This document shows, piece after piece, positions 11,523-21,423 of a DNA stretch of 64,000 nt (position 1 is its first letter; every line of letters starts with the position of its first letter). This DNA comes from Squalus acanthias (lineage: Eukaryota): contig CM059432.1 in NCBI GenBank assembly GCA_030390025.1, forward strand, positions 38,318,001 to 38,382,000. Reading direction: 5' to 3'. The position numbers and the translations under genes were made by a program. Below the pieces are notes generated by a model. It had not been told where the DNA came from, did not search any database, and saw only the letters and a list, made by a program, of their open reading frames with translations.

Positions 11523-13328
11523 TCATTGGGTACTATTAGACGGGCCTGTGGCACCTACGGGGCCGGTAGCAACCGTCACTTTTCCATGCGCACTCATGAG
11601 GTTACGCATGGCTCCCAACACTGTTTCGATCTCGTCGGGAGGGATGGGTGCACTAGCTTCCCTATCAGAGACAGGCATCTGGGCTCGGGCTGCGGGATTT
11701 TTATCCCTGGAATCCTTCCAAGGGTTCCTGCAGTTCTTGCGCCAGTGCCCTGTCTTCCCACACCCGTAACAAGCATTACTTGCCTGCGGGGTGCGGTTAC
11801 CCTCCTGATGCCACTCCTTCTGAGCCGGGGCTGCGGGTCGTACCTCATGTACTTTTCCCTTAAGGGGACGTGTTCCCATACCCCTGATATTACGGTACCC
11901 TACCGTGAGTCGATTTAGGACCAACTCCTCTGTAGTGGCGGGGTCAGTGGGATCAAACCACGCTTTTGCCTGCTCTCTGACGGCTGGCAAACTGTTGGCT
12001 ACTATACACCTGAGCCAATGAGTTAAACCGATGCCTGCCACAGCGTCGCGCTCTGGTGCACCCGGGCAGCTGCGCTGGTATACTGGCCACAGCCTGTCGG
12101 CGAAAACCTTCGGGGGTTCTCCCTCCATTTGCACTGTCTGTCCCACTCTAACAAACGGACCTTCATCGTCCGTCCCCAGTACTTCTAGGACCTCATTCCT
12201 TAGTGCCTCATAGGTCTTGGTTCCCCTCTTGCTCTCGTCCGAGAGACACTGAAGGATCGAACTACCCAATGAGAATAGCAGCATCTTTGCTGTTTCCCCA
12301 TCGTCGCAGCCGTTAATGGCTGCGGTTTGCTCTATCTCCCTAAAATGTACGGAAGGGTCGTCTGACTCGGCCAGCTTCCGTACGTGACTGATCATAACCC
12401 TCAGCTGGTGTGAGCTGTGAGGCAACACAAGCTGGTTGAGGAGATTCCCTTGTTCCCCATCGTCTCTGTTCGGGCCCCTTTTGATACCCGTGACCGGACA
12501 CAACGGTCCCGGTTCCACTTCTACCTCAGTGGGCTCTTTCGTTTCTTCTACCACTTTCTCCCTTACCCAGGTTTCCGAATAGCTGGGTGGCGCGGAGGGC
12601 GTAGTGGCCAATACTTCCTCTGCTTTGTTCGGTGGGAATTTCTGAAACTCCTCATCCGCTAGCGGCTGGTGTGCTGACGGACTGATAAGGCACACCATGC
12701 CGTGCGCTTTGTTCACGGCCCTTTTAAGGTGCTCTATTTCCTTTTGGCAGACGCTATGATCGGCCCCCTGAAACTTATCCTCAAGGGCCATCTTATATGC
12801 CGCCCTAACCCCCGTTAAGCTCTCTTCCTGGGCTTTTATTTGGGCAGCTTGGCGGGCACATCGTTCCTTTAGTCTGCCCTCACTTAACTTTGCCTCAGTG
12901 ACTTGGCACTCGAGGTAATCTATTTTTGCTTTATGGTGGCTGGTGACTACCTGGCGTTCTTGGTGCAACGCATTTAAATTCTTAATGAGCAACTGCCCCC
13001 CAGTGACCTTCTCGTCCATTTCCACCTCTAAATGCCTGATCCGAGCTGCTTGCGATGTAATGACCTGGTTCGAAATTTGGACTTGTCTTTTATAGCACAT
13101 TAACCAGACCGCTTTCTCCACTGTCTTTTTGTGTTCCTTGCTATCTGTCCACCTCTCGGCTGCCTCTAGTGGACACTTATCCGCTAGCAGGTCACTTATC
13201 CATTTCTTAGTTAAATTTACTTTTCCGAACACATAATCTGCTATTTTCTCTTGCATGACATTTCGTACATTCATACCAAAGTCTAACAAACTACCCTCTC
13301 GCTGCCAGTGTCCTGCCGCGGTCGCCAT
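11523..13328 (-). CDS. gag: Gag, 601 aa (coiled-coil N-terminal half, PSAPPSY late domain, capsid-like region, one CCHC zinc knuckle)
   Basis: Intact ORF right after the 5' LTR. CYGCGKTGHWRKNC at 11730-11771; PSAPPSY at 12579-12599. Confidence 0.9.
   Translation of the reverse strand: MATAAGHWQREGSLLDFGMNVRNVMQEKIADYVFGKVNLTKKWISDLLADKCPLEAAERWTDSKEHKKTVEKAVWLMCYKRQVQISNQVITSQAARIRHLEVEMDEKVTGGQLLIKNLNALHQERQVVTSHHKAKIDYLECQVTEAKLSEGRLKERCARQAAQIKAQEESLTGVRAAYKMALEDKFQGADHSVCQKEIEHLKRAVNKAHGMVCLISPSAHQPLADEEFQKFPPNKAEEVLATTPSAPPSYSETWVREKVVEETKEPTEVEVEPGPLCPVTGIKRGPNRDDGEQGNLLNQLVLPHSSHQLRVMISHVRKLAESDDPSVHFREIEQTAAINGCDDGETAKMLLFSLGSSILQCLSDESKRGTKTYEALRNEVLEVLGTDDEGPFVRVGQTVQMEGEPPKVFADRLWPVYQRSCPGAPERDAVAGIGLTHWLRCIVANSLPAVREQAKAWFDPTDPATTEELVLNRLTVGYRNIRGMGTRPLKGKVHEVRPAAPAQKEWHQEGNRTPQASNACYGCGKTGHWRKNCRNPWKDSRDKNPAARAQMPVSDREASAPIPPDEIETVLGAMRNLMSAHGKVTVATGPVGATGPSNSTQ
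13310..13327 (-). promoter_or_regulatory. Primer binding site, tRNA-Arg(UCG) type
   Basis: Minus strand TGGCGACCGCGGCAGGAC. The plus strand GTCCTGCCGCGGTCGCCA matches, as I recall it, the 3' 18 nt including CCA of vertebrate tRNA-Arg(TCG). Confidence 0.85.
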
Positions 13329-13332
13329 TTTC

Positions 13333-14987
13333 TGTAAGGGTTTCTGGACCTGTGTGGCTTCTGTGCTCAGCCTGGATGCTAGTGCGGGTTTAGGCCTTGT
13401 TGCCTGTTCTGGTCTCCAGCCAGTCTGGGAGCACTAGACACCTGTGGGTGGTTCGACCCACTCACCCTTACGGTTCTGACACTGGACTTAGATGCGAGAG
13501 CAGTAATGGAGAGAAAACTCAGGTAGACCCGGTTGAATGGTACGAAATGGAAAATCTTTATTGCATATTATTCAAGATTACGAAATACATGTCATAAGCA
13601 CAGATTAATGACAGTACAATCTTACACGCAGTTATGTAACTAATTTCAGGGAAACGAGGAATGAACGACACATCGTAAATGGGGGCACACATTACAATTA
13701 TCCTTAAAAAACTTAAACCCTCCCCTATCAATACCTGCTCTAAACTAGACTTGTAGGATCGAGACTCATGCTCACCACTCGTGATAACTCGGAGAATTCC
13801 GAAAACTCTGATCGGATGTTTTTCACCGCAGCACCTGATCACCCACGTGTTGATCAGGGGTCTCTGTACCCCACTTGTTTACTCGTTTCTGCTCCGGCTA
13901 GCAGGCTGGACCGTCTGCTGTCATGAAGATCTGTGTTGTCCTCGGAGTTCCGACACGACTCGAAAAATAGTCTTCCTGTGCCCTCACACCGGTTCGATAA
14001 AATTCGAAGAATAGTCTTCCGATGCCAGTTCTGTAAAACTCAAAGAAGGTCTTCCTGGGCAAGGAAAGTGTCTATACGACCTACAGGCGCGGTCGGAGCT
14101 TACTGACCGTGGCGATACGTATGGTCTTCTTCTCTTCTCATCTCATCTCATCTCATCTCATCTCGGGCCTTCGGTTCCAACATTGTTTACCGACTTCTCG
14201 GGATGGTGCGCCCGTTTCAAGGCTTCACAGCCCGGTTCCACACAGATCTTCGCGGCAAGCCACGAGGCAGATCCTGGCGGATCGTAAAGTTCAACAGTCT
14301 TTCAAGCTGCAAGAGGCAGAGACACGAGGCAAGCGGCAAGAGGCAGGAGAATAAGAGAAAGATGGACGGTTGTAGCTTGCAGTTATAGTGCAAAACTCTT
14401 CCTTTCCCGCCCAACCTTAATGTCTTTTCTTTTGTTAGGGTTTGGCGCTCAAATTTCTTGTATAGGGTGATCTCCGTTTTAATGGGTTTCGGGGATACTC
14501 GTAACTGTCTGAGTACCTGTTAATACTTCTCCCATTGTGTAATCAGTCGGTATTCTCCCTGGAGGGGTTTTGGGGCTTCCAAATGTTCTCTGTAACTACC
14601 CGCTAACGGCTCTCTCATCGTAGAGTCGTGGGGATTTTGCATATTAATGTCTTTGGATGGGTTCTTGATCACTTGGTACAATAGCCCTTATTCGCACCTG
14701 GGAGACCGATTTCAGTATTTATGTGTATACTGCAAACCCATGATGTCGCGTGTATTATCTTAAATGTACTGAGTCTTGATCGATCTCGCACAAATGTTTA
14801 TTGGAACGCCATCTTGTCTGCTTGTCGAAAAGTCTAGAATGTTCTGCCACGAGGCGTGGCGGCCATTTTACAGGCTGCTTGTGTCCACTTTGAAAACCTG
14901 ACAGCATTCTGCTGAAATAAAGCTGTTTGAACGAAACTATGTGTTTTCTCCTTATTTATAAAATCGTGATATATTGCGAATTCTACA
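13333..14987 (-). repeat. 5' LTR (1655 bp)
   Basis: About 99% identical by eye to 2251-3916; reads TGTAGAA...CCTTACA on minus; followed 5 nt later by the PBS. Confidence 0.95.
14382..14412 (-). promoter_or_regulatory. Candidate LTR promoter: GC box GGGCGG plus TATAAC
   Basis: Minus strand GGGCGG (14407-14412) about 20 nt upstream of TATAAC (14382-14387); same in 3' LTR at 3311-3341. Confidence 0.5.
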
Positions 14988-15304
14988 CCTCCCATCCCTG
15001 CCTCTGTATTTGCTTAAAATCTGTTATATCTCTAACTTTTTCCAGTTCTGTCGAAAAGTCATTGACCTGAAACGTTAACTCTGTTTCTCTCTCCACAGAT
15101 GCTGCCTGGCCTGCTGAGTATTTGCAGCATTTCTGTTTCTTATCAACAATAAAAGTATTTATTTGTTTTCTGCATTAGATGTTGGATTTGCACTAGACAC
15201 CCATATCAGTCCCACCAGACTATGATATACTAAAGCCCCCAAACAGGTTTATTCACAGATAAAGTAATTCACATAAATAACAAAAAAGCTTGCATTTATA
15301 TAGA

Positions 15305-17560
15305 AAAGAAAAATACTGAGAATGCTGGAAATCTGAAATAAAAACAGAAATGCTGGAAATATTCAGCAGGTCAGGCAGCATCTGTGGAGAGAGAAACAGA
15401 GTTAATGTTTCAGGTCAATTACCTTTCGACAGAACTGGAAAAAGTTAGAGATGTAACAGATTTTAAGCAAATACAGAGGCAGGGATGGGAGGAAAGAACA
15501 AAAGGGAAGGTCTGTGATAGGGTGGAAGGCAGGAGTAATTAAAAGACAAAAGGTATGATTCTATAAAGCAAAAGGAGATGGTAATGGGACAAGTAAAGAA
15601 ACAAAAGATGGGTCTAGAAGTGGTGTAAATGGGAATGGCAGAATCATCAGCAGCTGTCATCTGAAAAAATAGGGGCAGAGGTTATGGTCTGAAATTGTTG
15701 AACTCGATGTTGAGTCCAGAAGGCTGTAAAGTACCGAATGGAAAACTCGAGCTGTTCCTCGAGCTTACATTGAGCTTCGTTGGAATAGCGTAAGAGGCCG
15801 AGAACAGAGAGGTCAGAGTGGGAATGGAGCGGAGAATTAAAGTGATAGGTGACCGAAAGCTCGGGGTCACACTTGCGGACTGAACGGAGGTGTTCCGCAA
15901 AGCGGTCACCCAATCTGCGTTTGGTCTCCCCAGTATAGAGGCGATTGCAAGGTGAGCAGCGAATACAGTATACTAAATTGCAAGAAGTACAAGTAAATCG
16001 CCGTTTCACCTGGAAGGGGTGTTTGGGGCCCTGGACGGTGGGAAGGGAGGAGATAAAAGGGCAGGTGTTGCCTCTCCTGTGCTTGCACGGGAAAGTGCCG
16101 TGGGAAGGGGAGGTAATTGAGGAGTGGACCAGGGAGTCGCAGAGGGAGCGGTCCCTTCGGAATGCTAAAAGGGGTGGGATGGGGAAGGTGTGTTTGGTGG
16201 TGGGATCATGCTGGAGGTGACGGAAATGGCGGAGGATGATCCATTGAATTTGTAGGCTGGTGGGGTGAAAGGTGAGGACATGGGGGGGTCCTATCTTGGT
16301 TTTGGGAGGGAGGGGATGGGGTGAGAGCAGGAAATGGAATGGACACAGTCGAGCACCATGTCAACCACGGTAGAGGGGATTGCTGGGATGAGGAAAAAGG
16401 AAGACATATCAGAAGACCTAGTATGGAAGGTGGCATCGTCAGAACAGATGTGACGGAGAGGGAGAAACTGGGAGAATGGAATAGAGTCCTTACAGGAGGC
16501 GGGGTGGGAAGAAGTGTAGTCCAGGTAGCTGTAGGAGTCAGTGGGCTTATAGTGAATGTTTGTCAATAGCCTAACCCCAGAAATGGAGACAGAGAAGTCG
16601 AGGAAGGGAAGGGAAGAGTCAGAGATGGATCATGTGAAGTGAGGGAAGGGTGGAAATTGGAAGCAAAGTGAATGAAATTTTCTAGTTCAGGGCGAGAGCA
16701 GGAAACAGCACCAATACAGTCATCAATGTACCGGAAAAAGAGGTGAGGGAGGGGACCTGAGTAGGAATGGAACAAAGAATGTTCCACATATCCTACGAAA
16801 AGGCAGGCATAGCTAGGACCATGTGGGTTCCCATAGCAACACCTTTTATTTGGAGGAAGTGAGTGGAGTCAAAGGAGAAGTTGTTCAATGTGTGAACAAG
16901 TTCAGCCAGGTGGAGGAGGGTGCTGGTGAATGGGGACTGGTTGGGCCTCTGTTCAAGGAAGAAGCGGAGCGCCCTCAGGCCGTCCTGGTGGGGGTGGAGG
17001 TGTAGAGGAATTGGACATCCATGATGAAAAGGAGATGATTGGGGCCAGGAAACGAGAAACTGTTAAAGTGGCAGAGGGCTTCGGAAGAGTCGCGGATGTG
17101 GGTGGGAAAAGATTGGACAAGGGAAGAAAAAATAGCATCAAGATAGGAAGAAATTAGTTCCGTGGGGCAAGAACAGGCTGAAACGATGGTCTACCAGGGC
17201 AGTCCTGTTTGTGGATCTTGGGAAGGAGGTAGAAGCGGGCAGTGCGGGGTTGGGGGACTATGAGGTTGGCGGCCGTGGAAGGAAGATCTCCAGAGGAGAA
17301 GAGGTAAGTGGCAGTCTTGGAAACGATGGTTTGATGTTCGGTAGTGGGGTCATGGTCCACGGGGAGGTAGGAGGAGGTGTCAGAGAGTTGGCGTTCAGCC
17401 TCCGCAAGGTAAAGGTCGGTTCGCCAAACAACAACAGCGTCACCCTTGTCAGTAGGTTTGAGGACAATGTTAGGGTTGGATCTGAGAGAATGGAGTGCTG
17501 CAAGTTCAGTTGAAGTGAGTGAGGGGAGCAGAGAAATTGTGACGGCTGATGTCACGCCGG
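15305..17560 (-). mobile_element. Penelope-like element, degenerate RT plus GIY-YIG endonuclease
   Basis: Fragments KPTDKGDAVVV, YLLPKIHK, FRYIDDC, HYKPTDS, VYCIRC..YTGETKR with frameshifts. Confidence 0.9.
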
Positions 17561-19539
17561 CAGTTCACAATGAAAAGAGCGAATGCATTTATTTAGCACC
17601 TGTAACAGAAAAACGTCCCAAGACACAAATAAGCAGTAAGTCAGTTTTTGAAGTCCATTAGTTTATGAAAGGATTAAACAAATTAGCTGACTTTGAATGG
17701 CTTTCTTTGAAGACTTTCAAATAAACAACAGACAAACACTTGTCAGAAAGGGAGTAATCACTCAATGCCTGCCAGTTACAGTCTTTCTTGAAATTGTGGA
17801 CTAAAATCTTGTCTTACCGTGTGTTGTAGCCAGAAGTAAACTGGAACTATTATGTTAAAAATGTAACCTTATAAAACCCTTTGAAATACAGTCTCACTTT
17901 TGAGAAGACAACAGAGAGGCCCTTCACTAGAAGAATGAACAGCAATCTCCATAACACATACACTGTTGTGATTGACAAGTACTATCCGTACTAGGGCTAT
18001 TGAGATTCGTTTACAGTGTTGCTTAATAGCCCGTGATGCACATTAATTGTTTCAAATCCCTTGATGTGCTCACTGAATGTTTTTCCAGATATATATGTCT
18101 GTTAGTAATTGACTGGATTCTTTCTAATATACTGCATGCAAATTCAAATTCCCAGCTGGCAGTTGCAGTTGCCATTTGATGACAACATCTTTTTTTAGAA
18201 AAACCTATTGTTTAAACTAAAAAAAAAATGCAGTACAGAGCGAAAACTCATCAGCTGCAAACAAAATGACCCAATATTTGTCACAGTACTTCTCCTCTCC
18301 CACAGAGAGGTTCCCTGTGGGTATCATTATCGGGGCACTGGCGAGAAGTGTACTCATGGCGTCCTGCTCTCAGCAAATAGCCGGCCAAGCCTTCCGGTTC
18401 CGGTATTCCACAGGATATGTGTAATCTTGCCCGAAAGATGCACCATTCCTGCACCTAACACCTTCTGCACCTGCTTTTGTCAGGGTCTCATGCACAGCTG
18501 ACAATATTTTCAGGTACTGCCTGGCTGACAGCATTGCCCATGTTTGTCCTTCGCAGCAGTGACTGAACATTATGGGCCAAAAATTCATCCCGCTGCGCGA
18601 GAGTACGCACTGCGTACTCTCGCGTATTCTCTCTCCAATTGCCGGTTTTCTGCATGCCCTGCGCATGCGCTGAAAACCGGCACTTGGTCTTTGGAAAAGG
18701 GGGCGGTTCCTCGGTGCATCGCGTGCGCGCTACAGGCTGCGCGCACACTGTGCACTTCGTGCTTTGGACGCGCAGGTAAGGACGGAAGATTTTAGAAATG
18801 GAAAAAGGAGGAGTAAGACTCACTTTTAACAAGGTAAGTAGTGAATTAAGTATTTTTTTGAATTTTTTTTAACAGGTATATCTTTTTTAGAGACTTTAAA
18901 GACAGGTAAGTTTATTTTTATAACTTTTTAAAACCTGATTATTTGATTGCTGCCTAGCTGAGGCAGTCTTGGCCCATGCGATGCTTGTTCCTCTATGGCC
19001 TGCTGCATCCTTTCCTTGAGCAGGCAAGTCAGTTAAGGCTCCCTCGCCGCGCACGGCTCCTGGCACCCCTGATGAACTGTTGATAAGTTCTCAGGGTAAA
19101 ATGGTCCTGTATGCTTCGACTCTACTGTGAGAACATTGCTGTTCACTTGCGTCCACACAGACTCTCATGGGGGAGTCAACATGCCGAACCATTCCTAGTC
19201 CTGCTCGGCTCGCACGACCCAGATTCCCCGGACAGTCATACACCAAGTAACACTGTCAGTGACTTGCTGCTGCTGCACACGCCTCTGTTGTGCTTGGAGC
19301 TGATGCAGCAGACTCCTTGTCCATAGGCAGACTGGCTCTTTGACTCTTCAGGTGGCTGAAGCCTCCTTCTCTGCACTGCATCATCAATGACCACCAGAGC
19401 TGAATGCACTGATTTAGCATAGATAAGGCTCTCATTTCCAATCCTAGCTTGCATCTCATTAAGTACATTGGGCATAATCCTGTCATCCAAAATTATTCCA
19501 TAACAAAATTGCAAATGGCAGGGTTGCTGAGGCTCCTAC

Positions 19540-20429
19540 GGGGGAAAAATTCAGTTGGTTGCGCCTCCCGTTAGCGCCTTAAGAGGGCGCTAATGGGGCG
19601 CAAATCATCTAGCGCCCAGGCGCGGCCATGTTTGCGCCGCTCGCGAAATTAACTAGACATTTTGCGGCGGCGCTAAACACTACCGCCACGATCTCCTGCG
19701 CCGGCAGATCATGACGTCAGTCGAGTGCGCAACGCCCCAGTATCGCCCCGGAGCGGATATTGAGTGGCGCCCCCTGCCTTACCGCCTGACGCAAGCAACG
19801 ACAGGTTGAGCGGAGCGTTCTGCAGTCATGAAGGGAAAGGGGGAGCGCTATTTAAAGGTGACCGCTTCCTGCCTTTTATTGTTGGTGCCATTTTTGAACT
19901 CGCATTCTGAGAGAGAGAGGGAGAGACTTCTGGAGAGATTCAACGCTGTGTGAAGGAGTTTTGGGTACTGAGCAGCACTTTGCAGGTTCATTTTGATTTG
20001 CCATTCCTTGTATCGATTTAGAAGAGACTTTGGTCCTGCACTCTGAGCTCTTTGCCTGGTACTCTCCATTGTTCTTTCCAGCAGATTTGATGTGCAGGTC
20101 TCTCCAGGCAGAGATTCAAGGATGCAATGAGCAGGATGTGGATGGAAAGCAAGATTAACCATCCCTTTAAGAACTGGCCCGTGCCATTGTGCGTGTGTTC
20201 CATTGCTGACTGACATTACATGAGCTTCGCCAGCGCTCTGAGGTAGCGCCTCGCTCCTCGGCCTTTGCGCCTTAAGACAGGTGTGAAGCGCCTGATTTAG
20301 CGCTCCAATCACCTCCAAGGGCGATAAAAGTCAAGTTTGCAGTCGGTGGCGATAATTAGCGCCAGGCGCTAATCTTTGCGCCCGGCCGATAATTGCGCCC
20401 CAAATGGGGCGATACTGAATTTCTCCCCC
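19540..20429. mobile_element. Non-autonomous TIR element (MITE, PIF/Harbinger-like), 890 bp
   Basis: TIRs GGGGGAAAAATTCAGT / ACTGAATTTCTCCCCC; 3-bp TSD TAC; homologous in opposite orientation to 61549-62441. Confidence 0.85.
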
Positions 20430-21423
20430 TACGTCTTTTATATTCATCCATATCAGATATTCTTGCTCTACCTTAGCCAGGGGTATGTCTACAATCTCTG
20501 AAGAACCACATAATTATAGAATAGTACAGCACAGAAGGAGGCCATTCAGCCCATCGAGTCCAGAGGTTGTAGAAATTCTGAAATGACTCTTCCAAATGTA
20601 TCTTATAAGATATAATCAAGACTGTATAGGGTATGATACAATGCAAGGTAAACTCCCCAGTAATCCACTGCAAAATTAGCATTAAAGATTTCACTGGTAG
20701 TTGGAAGTCAATCAACGGAGCTCGACGAATGTTTTTAAGTATGCTTGTGCAGAGCTTTGCTTTGGTTGAGTAGAGGTGAGCAACTGGTAGTATAACTCAG
20801 TGCTTCCATCTCACATTTCTCAAAGGTACATAGAATCATAGAATAGTACAGCTCAGCAGGAGGTCATTCTGCCAATCGTGCCTCTGCTGGCTCTTTGAAA
20901 GAGCTATCTAGTTAGTTCCGCTCCCCTGCCTAATTTTTTCTCCAAAGTGTATTCCCTTTTGTAAACTACTATTGAATCTGTATCCACCACCCTTTCAGGC
21001 AGTGCATTCCAGATCCTAACCACTCGTTGCATAAAAAAGGTTTTCCTCATATCGCCTCTGGTTCTTTTGCCAATCACTTTTAATCTGTGCCCTCTGGTTA
21101 TCAACCCTTCAGCCACTGGAAACAGTTTCTCTTTATTTACTCCACCTAATCCTTCATGATTTTAAACACCTCTATCAAATCTCCTCTTAGCCTTCTCTGC
21201 TCTAAGGAGAACAACCCCAGCTTCTCCAGTCTATCCACGTAACTGTAATCCCTCATCCCTGGAACCATTCCAGTAAATCTCTTCTGTACCCTCTCCAAAG
21301 TCTTCACGTTCTTCCTAAAGTGTGGTGCCCAGAATTGGACACAATACTCCAGCTTCAGGCAAACTAGTGTTTTGTATAGGTTTAGCATAACTTCGTAGCT
21401 TTTGTACTCTATGCCTCTATTTA

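Larger units (their letters stand above)
2251..14987 (-). mobile_element. Near-intact endogenous provirus (LTR-gag-pol-env-LTR), lokiretrovirus-like, 12,737 bp
   Basis: Direct repeats 2251-3916 and 13333-14987 with TG...CA ends. TSD CCTC at 2247-2250 and 14988-14991. PBS, PPT and gag/pol/env ORFs in retroviral order on the minus strand. Lineage name is inferred from the dual RNase H and F-like Env. Confidence 0.95.
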
